Positions 12,090 to 25,500 of a stretch of DNA of 64,000 bases are shown here, piece after piece. Source of the stretch: Mizuhopecten yessoensis (Eukaryota); contig NW_018405641.1 of the NCBI RefSeq assembly GCF_002113885.1, positions 363,434 through 427,433 of the forward strand, in the 5' to 3' direction. Both the position numbers and the translations under genes were made by a program. The first letter of the stretch is position 1. Each line of letters begins with the position of its first letter. Below the pieces are notes generated by a model. That model was not told the DNA's origin. It did not search any database and saw only the letters and a program-made list of their open reading frames with translations.

Positions 12090-13535
12090 ACTCAAATGTA
12101 CATGTTTGTGTACTTCATTGTACATACTTGTGTACTCCAATGTATATGCTTGTGTACTTCATTGTACATGATTGTGTACTCCATTGAACATACTTGTGTA
12201 CTCCATTGTACATGCTTGTGTACTCAAATGTTAATGTTTGTGTTCTCCATTGTACATGCTTGTGTACTCAAATGTTCATGCTTGTGTACTCCATTGTACA
12301 TGTTTGTGTACTCCATTGTACATGCTTGTGTACTCGAGTGTATATGCTTGTGTACTCCAGTGTACATGCTTGTGTGCTCCATTGTACATGCTTGTGTACT
12401 CAAATGTTCATGCTTGTGTACTCCACTGTACATGTTTGTGTACTCCAATGTACATTCTCGTGTACTTCATTGTACATGCTTGTGTACTCCATTGTACATG
12501 CTTGTGTACTTCATTGTACATGCTCGTGTACTCCAATGTACATGCTTGTGAACTTCATTGTACATGCTTGTGTACTCCATTGTACATGCTTGTGTACTCC
12601 ATTGTACATGCTTGTGTACTCCAATGTACATTCTCGTGTACTCCAATGTACATGCTTGTGCACTCCAATGTACATGATTGTGTACTCCATTGTACATGCT
12701 TGTGTACTCCAATGTACATGATTGTGTACTACAATGTACATGCTTGTGTACTCCCATGTAAATGCTTGTGTACTCCAATGTACATGCTTGTGCACTCCAA
12801 TGTACATGCTTGTGTACTTCATTGTACATGCTTGTGTACTCCAATGTATATTCTCGTGTACTCCATTGTACATGCTTGTGTACTACATTGTACATGTTTG
12901 TGTACTCCAATGTACATTCTCGTGTACTTCATTGTACATGCTTGTGCACTCCAATGTACATGCTTGTGTACTCCATTGTACATACTTGTGTACTCCAATG
13001 TACATTCTCGTGTACTCCATTGTACATGCTTGTGCACTCCAATGTACATGTTTGTGTACTTCATTGTACATGCTCGTGTACTCCATTGTACATGCTTGTG
13101 TACTCCAATGTACATTCTCGTGTACTCCAATGTACATGCTTGTGCACTCCAATGTACATGCTTGTGTACTCCATTGTACATGCTTGTTTACTCGATTGTA
13201 CATGATTGTGCACTCCAATGTACATGCTTGTGTACTCCATTGTACATTTTTGTGTACTCCATTGAACATGTTTGTGAACTCCATTGTACATGCGTGTTTA
13301 CTCGATTGTACATGATTGTGTACTCCATTGTACATGCTTGTGTACTCCATTGTACATGTTTGTGTACTCCATTGAACATGCTTGTTTACTCCATTGTACA
13401 TGCTTGTGTACTCCATTGTACAAGCTTGTGTTCTCCATTGTACATGCTTGTGTACTCCATTGTACATGTTTGTGTACTCCATTGAACATGCTTGTTTACT
13501 CCATTGTACAAGCTTGTGTACTCCATTGTACATGC
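12090..13535. repeat. 22-bp satellite (TGTGTACTCCATTGTACATGCT), ~65 copies
   Basis: Unit read directly; 22-aa periodic ORFs in multiple frames on both strands. Confidence 0.95.
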
Positions 13536-15294
13536 TTATTCACTGGAGTTCACTTTTCCTAACTCTGGTGTACTAAATTACCTAGTTAAGTTTGTTCCCT
13601 TCTGTACCTGGTGACAAAACGCGAATGTATCATTGTAGATAAAAAATCACTTTTATGTTAACTGAAGAGTACTGACTATAACGACTGAAATAATGTCAGT
13701 TTTCATGGATTTTAAATGGTCAAACCATACACGTCATTTTAAGCCAAATCCATATTAACCTAACAGACCGTATACAATTTATCCATTTGTATTGAAAATA
13801 AATAAAACTTTGTATTAAATAATAGAAAATTCGTGCTCAATTTTATTTTTTGTTATTTTGTGTAAGATTTTTTTTTTGTGTAAAGTGTACAATAACAAGC
13901 ATCAAAACAACACAAAGACAGCGCTTACGAATTAAAAAACAAGAAAGTAAAAGAACATCAAATCAAAGCAGCAGCAAATAACTCTGAAATGTATAACTGT
14001 TTTTGTTAAAAGAGAAAATTTCGTTAAAAATAAAGAAATAACGTAAACATGAATGTTCCAGAATATCGACCCGGCGATAAGACTATAACGCTTAATTTCC
14101 TATCATAGCCGGGTATATAACGACATCTAACATCTACCTTAATCTCGATGACGTTGTAAACACTAACCCGCCTGTTAGATAACGTACTCTAAAATAAGTA
14201 GAAAACTCGATAACGTCCTGAAAACTAGTCTGCCTGCTAGATACATTTTCGAACATAAACTGAAGACCAAAACACACAGAAACCTGATAAAGAAAAGAGA
14301 AAAAATGGCATTGATCACTGCTACACATAAGGGTACCCTTATAACGGAGATGATAGACGATAATCGGTACCGGTCAACTCTACCCCTGTCAACGCTAAGT
14401 GGTCAAAGTTGACGCAGTCAGAGATCACAGTAATTAAGTATACCAAAACCAAATGACGTCAAAATGACGTAACAACAAGATAGCACCACTGTTGTTGAGG
14501 AAAACGCTGATTAAAATGCCGTTGTGATGACCAACTTTATACACGTAATTACCGACCCCCAAGTGACATACATTGTACGCATTAATGCCATTTACACAAA
14601 TAAAGCAAAGTTCAACAGGATAACATAGAAATCCTATACAAATTATAAACGAATTACAAATGCCTTAAACATTCTGACGAAGACACATCTTCAAAATGCA
14701 AGAGCTCCACTCTTGTAACACATTTTTTGTCAACATCCTTGAAATATAATTTACGAAATCGGGGTCTCGCAAGTCGCTGTTGAGTTGCTTTCAGTTGAAA
14801 AGAAGACCAAACATCGAGCTGATACATACAAATCTAGAGGAGCTTCTTCCGAACAGCCGCAAGACGAAGACATCAACGACAGATGCTCGTGTGGTTGACA
14901 TGGTGAACAGTTTCCATAGCAGACATTGTTGCTCTTTATAAACAGGTTACAGAGCTATGGTAGCGCTATCCAGTAACGTACGGTGGCCATGGGTGATATT
15001 TTTGTACAATGAATAACCCCTCNAAGCTCTATGCTGAAGAACTGCTGAAACAGTAGCGTACGGTGGCCATGGGTGATATTTTTGTACGATGAATAACCCC
15101 TGTAATATTACATGTATCAAAATTTAAAAAAAAANGATACGATATGTATCCGAATTTAAACAAAATAAAAACACTAAAATTGGCATCAAAATTATCAAAG
15201 TTGACTATGTGTGGGCTTCATAATTTTTCAAGAAAAACCTTACACTTGGTTTGAGACTACAATACACAACAAAAGCTGGCTATTTATGAAGTCT

Positions 15295-18200
15295 ATTTTT
15301 GTACTCAGCACATGTGTAAATTTCGTAAAAATTCCATCGGATTGACCTATGATAAAACGTTGTTCTACCAAGTTGATGTTATTCAATTTAAGACAGGTGT
15401 TTTAAGAAAAAATACTCTTTCTGGGGGATCAGGTTTGGTTTAAAATCATGTTTGGTTTTATTTGGCGATTTTCGATGTTGTTACCATGGTTTTCACAAGT
15501 CAGATATCTGGTGAAACTCTTCTTGATAAAAAGTAGTTTATAAATATACATATATATTGTACTACTCTATATAATGATGAACATTATACTACTCTATAAG
15601 GGAGGAAAGCTCTCGATGTCGAAATGTCGACCCCACCTAATAATCAAAAACAACATTTCTAGTTGAATATGGGAAAATGGTTAGTACCGTTGGAAATATG
15701 GATAACTCCTATATGCACGTAAAATGTGTTCACCTTCCGCGAACATGAACTCTGTTTCCTCCAAAAACACACGCCATTTCATAGTTTCAAAGTTTTTCGC
15801 AGATCTCTGTGGCTGTATTTAAGGGCATCCCCTTACTGGTCATAGTTTTGTTATGTTATAATTTTACAAAACCTGAACTATGTAGATAAGAAAGACAATA
15901 TATCATGCAAAACATGTGCCCGTATCTAGGGCACGTACATGTACGTACGTGTACGTGTACTGATGAGAATGTATACAAAAAGAGAGTGCTAATATGATAC
16001 CAAATTGTTTCTATAGCTATTACAAACGGTTTTTCTGATTGGAGTGCAAGATCATATTGTACGAATAAAAAACCGTTTGCTCCTTAACACTTAACCTCCT
16101 GTTTATTATCATTTGAGGTTACAGAAAATATTTGTCCCGGCTTTATTTTGATGATTTACAGGGTTTATTAACTAATAGTAACATTTGTATGGATTAACCC
16201 ATAATTACTGTACGTACACATCGTGATTTTGTGCACTAATTAAATACTCCTGTGACTTTGTGTGATCAGTCGCTGAACAGAGACGAGCGTTCCAATCTTC
16301 AGTGCACACAAAAGATTAAGTCCATATTGTTTCATTACTATTTTAAGATATGATATATTTCATGCTTAAAAGTAATTCATGTATTTTTCAAATGTTACTC
16401 AAATGTACAATGAAGAAATAAAAATATCCCTATGGTTCCAATATGTTGAGGCTATGCCTATAACGCTATGTCAAGACCATCATAAGAAAGCGTGGAACAA
16501 TTGATGGGTGAACATAATTAATCAAGTGTGTATTATGGACTCATGCAAGTTTGACCGTTGTATCATGAAACGTTACATTTTGTGAACAGAATGATCGTTT
16601 CATCATTACTATTTTATTGGACATTGATCCCACCCAATGATTGCTTTCCGTCTGATACTCCGACACGTGTAGGGATACACTCCCCGTACGTTAAAAGCCT
16701 CATGTTCAACTCTATTAAAGGCAGAAAAGCGAAAAAGAAAGCAGTGAAATGTTTAGCTAACTGAGGACTATCACCATATAATCACCATAATATGCCGCTA
16801 CTCTGAACGTAACTTTGGACCCGAATGATATAACGATAAGAAAAAATGAGGATATTTATATCTATTTTATGTCGTTTATGTGCTATTGAACAAGCATTCA
16901 CGACATTTCATGTAATGGTTTTGTTATTTTTTAAATGAATATCACTCCGCCTACTGCTTTTGTGGCATGCTATCTACCGTCTCGTACACACATGTGTAAG
17001 CTGACTACCTACGTGTGTTAACAACGTCTGTGTGACCTACATAATCACCGAGCGGTATTATCGATCGCCAGACTCAAGTTAAGTTTGAATACACCTTCCG
17101 GGTAACAGTCCATGGGTTTGACAGCACCGAAGTTTTCCTGATTTAAGAAATATTTACCGAGTACTGCGTCCCTGTCATAAACCAGCAGGTAATATACTAC
17201 ATAACTTTATCTTTGTAATATTTTGAACAACACATAGTCTAATTTCTTGTTAACACACTTCTCTATACTTACGCCCTATTAGAATAACCTGAAACGAAAG
17301 TGCAAACAAAATTACAGTTTTAAGTGGTTTTCCTCAATATGTAAAGATAATGTTTGTTTTGCATTAATTACTAACACCCTTTATATACCATTTCAATATC
17401 AAAAGCAACATAGTTTATCATTAAAAACAATATTTTTGATTGTACTTTCGTTTTCCGTACGTGTACAAACTGATGACGTAGACACTTACATATAATTAAG
17501 TTACGCATACGTGTATTAATGGAAGGAACATTCCTTAATTTTAATGCGCTTGATGATTTTCTTTAAAAAATAATTTGAAAGACACTTAAACATATAGTCA
17601 AGTCCATTTTTAAAGTTCTGTGTAATGATAGAGACATTTGATAAACAAATAATATACTTTGGGTCAACAGGTCAACGATATATATATAATCACAGCTATG
17701 TACAGCTGTGCTAGTATATGGCGATGTTTGTGCTATGGAGATACACAACAAAACAGACGATGGCAGCTGTGAAATATAATATTTTTACAAATATATTTCA
17801 TTTAAAAAATTCACATTTAAATTAAATTAGTAAGCTTAATTCTGACAGAAACTTGGTCCACCGTGCAAACAAACATGCACACATAAATAGATGATCCTAG
17901 CCACACTTTCTCTGTGTAAAATGTGTTCCATTAATGCTGGGGAAAATATAAGGTTAATTATGTTTTCTATCTATATTTGGTGATATCTCCGCATTGTTCG
18001 ACTAGAACATCGAAGTTGATTTTAATTTCGAACAGGACCTCGATGTATCTGTGCTATTGTTAATGGCGTAATCATTGCATGGGTCCATACTCGCCATCGA
18101 TATTTGAAAATTAACATCAAAACGAGTTTAGTCTTTATCAAACACTGTCAGAAGCAGTGGAACCATTTAAGAAAAGAAGGTCTGGATTGGAAACCACAAA

Positions 18201-21200
18201 CTTAGTATCTGAAATACAACGAAGCATCGTCAAGCGCATATTTTATGTTTTTAAACAGTATTTACAAATAACAAAAGAAATGCGGAGATACTCCGAATTT
18301 ACATTTATCTAATGCAAACAATTCACCTGTTGTAATTGTATTTGATACACATGTGAGTATAACATCTCTGCATTGGAGACTTACATTTTAGTGAGCGTGG
18401 AGGTGGTGGTTCGGGTACATGTAGCTATGGAAAACCGGTACGATATACTTTATGAAAAATCCGTTATGTGAAATGCTTCATGCGTGTTACTAAATTCGTG
18501 GTAATACATAGTGCTTCATGCGTCATGTTGTGTGCGGAAACATCACAGGATGTATCAATTAGGACATATACCTCTATTACACGTTCATACATCGAATAAG
18601 GCATACGTCCGTTGAAGCTACTTGGAAAAGTTAGATTGTTCAAATATGTTCAAATAACTGCGTTTTAAGAGACAGTTATAAATATACATGTATTATTAAA
18701 AATAATGACCACTTTTCAGTAATTGAACACGAGAAGTCAACGTAGTTATATATATAAGAAATCTCAGTATGCTTTATCTAAAAAATAGTCTGTGTGTTAT
18801 TGGCATATATTTACATTCTTGATGTTGGTTCTGTACATGAATTTACCAACTGAAAACAACTGCCATTAGACCATGATTGAGAAGAGTTATCTTCCCTTCT
18901 CCGAGATAAAGTAGTTGCGAGAAATAATAATATCTTCTGAGGAGTGCGTTGATAGGTCTATCAGCTACTGCTATTCTTTGCCGCAATGTACTGGGACAAA
19001 AATCCATTCAATCCCTTTATGTCCCAGTACCTATATACACATCTGCGTGTCTGTTTATACCTGTAAATAATTCAAATTGTTGAAATAATCTATGCTCCCT
19101 TACATATATGTTTAAATTAACGGTTTATCAAAATCTCTCTTTTTGATTATGTTGTTGTACAATAAGAAATATAAAAAAAAAAGAACTTCCGCCTGATCCT
19201 CTCTTTTATTTTTAATCTAATCAAGTCCCAGGAAGATGAATATTTGTAGACTCAGTCCAAATATCACCTTATGTTTTAGTTCCATATCAAATAAACTTTC
19301 CATAAATGTAAATAAATGGAATGTTTCCCTGAATTTAGTCTCAAAAGAAAAATATGGACTTTATCTTCTTTTAAACATTCGACTTTAGTCCAAGACTGTT
19401 TCGTGACAAAGAGGTTTGATATCATATGTTGTCCTGATTCTTTTTTTCTACTTATTCCATATTCTGATACTATATTTATAGTCGGGTCATATCAGTCTGT
19501 TTAGGCCCTATTGGTATCGCCTTGTTTGTGTCATACATATTTAATCAACCTCAAACTAGTCTGATCTAACTCCATTGGTGATGGTTGACTCCATATATGT
19601 GATGTTGTCTCCGTGTTTTATTAAGGCCACAAGTTTCATTCGATTCTTATGATCAGTTCTTACTCTATACATATTTGTATTTTAATATGATCCACTTTTT
19701 CATGTTGGTCTCATTTGTTTACGTCTGTCTTTATCCATAAGGTCAATAGTGATACCAAATATTTTACTGTTTATGTCTATGCTAGTCTATCGGATCTGAT
19801 AAGATATAAATATATTTGTTTTATTAAAAATAGTAAAATTCAGAGATATGTTCAAAATTGCCACAATTGGTAACACTGTCGTGATTAGATAAATGAAAAG
19901 AAAAAAATCTGTACGTGCGAAATTTTATAGATTTCGAGAATCCTTAGCCTACTACAATGTACTTTGTTTTGCAAGAAAGGCTGTTCATGCAAATTACAAT
20001 AAACAGAAGTCTCTTTCTTAATCTGTGTGAATTTGAAAACAAATTTCACCGTAGATATGCCTTGCTGTTACAGACGACAACTGTCATTTGTCTATCACCT
20101 GTATATATTATGACATCATAACTCTGATCTGGCCCTTAAGCCTTATTTATTATCCAGGTCTACTCAAATACCATTGATTGTGCCTGATCCAACATGTCTT
20201 TTCTAGTTGTCACAATAATATCATCTTATACTCAATCTCATTACTATGCACTAGGCTTATCTGCATCTTAGCAGCCTCCGATATTTCATAAAAATATGAA
20301 ACAATTCGGTAGATTTGTAACAATATACGTGCCTAACTAATCTGTTTTATTAAGTTTTCATGAAGTATAATGCAAAAGGCATTAAATCTTAGTCGTGATG
20401 ATAATTGATATTTCATTTCATATCATCAGAAATGTCAGGCAAAAATAAAGCCAACACTACTACCAAGAAAACTGCACCTGCAGCTCCACACTGTCAGTCA
20501 CCAGCTCTTAAGAGAAATCAACACAAAGAAACAAAGTCTGATTTAGTGGTAGAAGGTACCGCATCACAGCCTACTACAAAAGGAGAGCAGCATAAGAAAA
20601 CGACAGCTGATCAAGCAAAGGCCAATTCAGTGATTTCAGTTACCCAATGCCAGCCTTCTACGGCGGACGCCAGGACAGAAGGTTCACCACAACCGCCTAG
20701 CCAACCTAATGATGGCACCAACAAAAAGGAACCTGATCATGCAAAGACTGAGCCGGACACAAAGCCTATAAAAACAGAACATACCGATGTTCGAACACCT
20801 ACTGATAAGGCACCTTCTGAGGTAGAGAAAGCGAAGAAATCTCACAATCCTGAAATTAGGGTGACAAGTGACAGCCAGCTCAATCCAAAAGATTTGGACT
20901 TGGGTAAAACTATCACTGGTGTAATGGATGCTCTCGGCTTGCTAGACAATAACGAAGATGCGATGAAAGAGTATCAGGCATTGTTGAAACAACAGAGGAA
21001 TTTGGAAGAACAAATATCATCCGAGGTATGATACAGATGGCAAGGATATAAAGGAATTATTTTTATATATAATGACATATCAAAGAAAACAGAGTCTTAA
21101 TATTGACACCGAAATAATGTAAAGTACAAAGACGCATCCTTTCTTATAAAATACATAGATCTGTAATTTTTGTAAACGGATAACCGTCTTATGAATGGTT

Positions 21201-22447
21201 ATTAAAAACATAATTTTATTATCAGCATTTTAAGATTATTTTAGTTTCAATTTCATTAACTTCCGTTGCATATCACAAAATTATGAATAAAGTTATTGTT
21301 ATTCCTGTCATTCAGGAAAACGACAATAGAGAGGTAAAATACCAAAGGTTGTTAGACGAAAACATTGACTCATTTAGTGAACTGTTTTTACTTTACAGAA
21401 GAGGAAATCATGGCAGGAAAACAACGACATGATGATGGAAGAATGTGACAAGATCGGACAGGCGGAATTGTCAGGGTCGTTGTATAATTCTCTTTTGCAA
21501 TTAAAAAAAAAACATCCCCAGCAATCCACTAATGCATTAAAAGAATTTGCATTCAGAAAACAATTGGTGGAACATCTTCAGGTGAGATTTGCACTAAAAT
21601 CCGATATACGCGAGTACTTATAAATATAAATCCACACAAAAAAGATACTTTAGTTACTTTGATATCAAAGTTGAATGACTAAAGTAACGCAATGTAATAG
21701 TTGATATTACTGAGGAATGTATGACTTATGTTACTGCAGCAGGCATATCTATACCAAATATCACAATAAAATAACTATTCTCGTTTATACATGTAGTAAC
21801 ACATATATTACAATTACATCATAACATATATTCTTTCTTACTTTCTTATAGTAGCAGAAATCTAGCATAACATATAACCTCATTTATAGAAAAGGAAGGT
21901 ACATTGTACATGTAAACATAACAATGTATACCTTTTCTTATACTAACAGACGTGTAACAGTAACAGAATAGATCAATTGAAACATATATATTCTCTCGTG
22001 AAATATCTGACATAAAGCAATAGTTATGTATCCATCCTCATTGTTGGTAGTTGATAAGCGACAATAACATTATATAGCTATGTTTAGTGGATCACACAAA
22101 ACAATAAGATTATACATTTCCATCCATAGAAGCAGACATGTAACTAACATATACTAATTTAAAGGAAAGTTACAGATTTATTTATTTTCTTTATTTTCTA
22201 TTTTTACCCCTTTTTTTTAATTCTTACAAAACGTATGACTTTGTTTATGTTTTGTTATGTGAAGGCACATTGAAGATATTTCGCGTAAATATCTTAATAT
22301 ACATAAAGGATCTTACGTAAGTTTCCATTTCATATGAGATATATGAAATGAAAACGAGTGTAGGATTCTTTTTATCACATAATCAAGATTTGTGGCATTA
22401 ATCGTGTAAAACCACAATTTTCATGCAACCTTGAAATGTAAAAAAAA
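15295..22447 (+). repeat. Copy A of a 7,153-bp direct duplication (offset 7,259 bp)
   Basis: All five ORFs recur identically at +7259 (16558/23817, 17563/24822, 19316/26575, 20405/27664, 21429/28688). Ends at N22448. Confidence 0.95.
20432..21581 (+). pseudogene. 5' three coding exons of the MIEAP-domain gene (partial copy 2; likely an assembly duplicate of 27691-28840)
   Basis: Exons 20432-21025, 21316-21333 and 21399-21581 are identical in translation to copy 3. No downstream exons before N22448. Confidence 0.7.
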
Positions 22448-22553
22448 NCAGCACTTAAATTGGCATATACATGATGAAGTTGACTATGTGGGCTTCACAT
22501 TCAAAAAATAAAAGAATCAAATTTGGTTTGAGACTACGTTTTTGGCCATTTAN

Positions 22554-25500
22554 ATTTTTGTACTCAGCACATGTGTAAATTTCGTAAAAATTCCATCGGA
22601 TTGACCTATGATAAAACGTTGTTCTACCAAGTTGATGTTATTCAATTTAAGACAGGTGTTTTAAGAAAAAATACTCTTTCTGGGGGATCAGGTTTGGTTT
22701 AAAATCATGTTTGGTTTTATTTGGCGATTTTCGATGTTGTTACCATGGTTTTCACAAGTCAGATATCTGGTGAAACTCTTCTTGATAAAAAGTAGTTTAT
22801 AAATATACATATATATTGTACTACTCTATATAATGATGAACATTATACTACTCTATAAGGGAGGAAAGCTCTCGATGTCGAAATGTCGACCCCACCTAAT
22901 AATCAAAAACAACATTTCTAGTTGAATATGGGAAAATGGTTAGTACCGTTGGAAATATGGATAACTCCTATATGCACGTAAAATGTGTTCACCTTCCGCG
23001 AACATGAACTCTGTTTCCTCCAAAAACACACGCCATTTCATAGTTTCAAAGTTTTTCGCAGATCTCTGTGGCTGTATTTAAGGGCATCCCCTTACTGGTC
23101 ATAGTTTTGTTATGTTATAATTTTACAAAACCTGAACTATGTAGATAAGAAAGACAATATATCATGCAAAACATGTGCCCGTATCTAGGGCACGTACATG
23201 TACGTACGTGTACGTGTACTGATGAGAATGTATACAAAAAGAGAGTGCTAATATGATACCAAATTGTTTCTATAGCTATTACAAACGGTTTTTCTGATTG
23301 GAGTGCAAGATCATATTGTACGAATAAAAAACCGTTTGCTCCTTAACACTTAACCTCCTGTTTATTATCATTTGAGGTTACAGAAAATATTTGTCCCGGC
23401 TTTATTTTGATGATTTACAGGGTTTATTAACTAATAGTAACATTTGTATGGATTAACCCATAATTACTGTACGTACACATCGTGATTTTGTGCACTAATT
23501 AAATACTCCTGTGACTTTGTGTGATCAGTCGCTGAACAGAGACGAGCGTTCCAATCTTCAGTGCACACAAAAGATTAAGTCCATATTGTTTCATTACTAT
23601 TTTAAGATATGATATATTTCATGCTTAAAAGTAATTCATGTATTTTTCAAATGTTACTCAAATGTACAATGAAGAAATAAAAATATCCCTATGGTTCCAA
23701 TATGTTGAGGCTATGCCTATAACGCTATGTCAAGACCATCATAAGAAAGCGTGGAACAATTGATGGGTGAACATAATTAATCAAGTGTGTATTATGGACT
23801 CATGCAAGTTTGACCGTTGTATCATGAAACGTTACATTTTGTGAACAGAATGATCGTTTCATCATTACTATTTTATTGGACATTGATCCCACCCAATGAT
23901 TGCTTTCCGTCTGATACTCCGACACGTGTAGGGATACACTCCCCGTACGTTAAAAGCCTCATGTTCAACTCTATTAAAGGCAGAAAAGCGAAAAAGAAAG
24001 CAGTGAAATGTTTAGCTAACTGAGGACTATCACCATATAATCACCATAATATGCCGCTACTCTGAACGTAACTTTGGACCCGAATGATATAACGATAAGA
24101 AAAAATGAGGATATTTATATCTATTTTATGTCGTTTATGTGCTATTGAACAAGCATTCACGACATTTCATGTAATGGTTTTGTTATTTTTTAAATGAATA
24201 TCACTCCGCCTACTGCTTTTGTGGCATGCTATCTACCGTCTCGTACACACATGTGTAAGCTGACTACCTACGTGTGTTAACAACGTCTGTGTGACCTACA
24301 TAATCACCGAGCGGTATTATCGATCGCCAGACTCAAGTTAAGTTTGAATACACCTTCCGGGTAACAGTCCATGGGTTTGACAGCACCGAAGTTTTCCTGA
24401 TTTAAGAAATATTTACCGAGTACTGCGTCCCTGTCATAAACCAGCAGGTAATATACTACATAACTTTATCTTTGTAATATTTTGAACAACACATAGTCTA
24501 ATTTCTTGTTAACACACTTCTCTATACTTACGCCCTATTAGAATAACCTGAAACGAAAGTGCAAACAAAATTACAGTTTTAAGTGGTTTTCCTCAATATG
24601 TAAAGATAATGTTTGTTTTGCATTAATTACTAACACCCTTTATATACCATTTCAATATCAAAAGCAACATAGTTTATCATTAAAAACAATATTTTTGATT
24701 GTACTTTCGTTTTCCGTACGTGTACAAACTGATGACGTAGACACTTACATATAATTAAGTTACGCATACGTGTATTAATGGAAGGAACATTCCTTAATTT
24801 TAATGCGCTTGATGATTTTCTTTAAAAAATAATTTGAAAGACACTTAAACATATAGTCAAGTCCATTTTTAAAGTTCTGTGTAATGATAGAGACATTTGA
24901 TAAACAAATAATATACTTTGGGTCAACAGGTCAACGATATATATATAATCACAGCTATGTACAGCTGTGCTAGTATATGGCGATGTTTGTGCTATGGAGA
25001 TACACAACAAAACAGACGATGGCAGCTGTGAAATATAATATTTTTACAAATATATTTCATTTAAAAAATTCACATTTAAATTAAATTAGTAAGCTTAATT
25101 CTGACAGAAACTTGGTCCACCGTGCAAACAAACATGCACACATAAATAGATGATCCTAGCCACACTTTCTCTGTGTAAAATGTGTTCCATTAATGCTGGG
25201 GAAAATATAAGGTTAATTATGTTTTCTATCTATATTTGGTGATATCTCCGCATTGTTCGACTAGAACATCGAAGTTGATTTTAATTTCGAACAGGACCTC
25301 GATGTATCTGTGCTATTGTTAATGGCGTAATCATTGCATGGGTCCATACTCGCCATCGATATTTGAAAATTAACATCAAAACGAGTTTAGTCTTTATCAA
25401 ACACTGTCAGAAGCAGTGGAACCATTTAAGAAAAGAAGGTCTGGATTGGAAACCACAAACTTAGTATCTGAAATACAACGAAGCATCGTCAAGCGCATAT

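Larger units (their letters stand above)
6701..13604. mobile_element. ~6.9-kb non-autonomous TIR DNA transposon (CAG...CTG ends, TA target; Tc1/mariner-like) carrying nested repeats
   Basis: Left end CAGTTGGGAGTAAACTTAACT; reverse complement of the right end CAGAAGGGAACAAACTTAACT. The flanks rejoin to GAAG-T(T/A)-CCTGGTGAC, matching the empty site GAGGTACCTGATGAC in the paralogous 3' UTRs (~6396, ~32687). No transposase recognised. Confidence 0.7.

Noticed and set aside
12096-13576. Cys/His-rich ORFs of up to 415 aa resembling metal-binding repeat proteins
   Set aside because: Translations of the 22-bp satellite on both strands; no gene context.
14660-15100. Possible transposase remnant (RRKTKTSTTDARVVDMVNSF) and a 50-bp direct repeat
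   Set aside because: No diagnostic motif; the repeat flanks N15024 and is likely an assembly echo.
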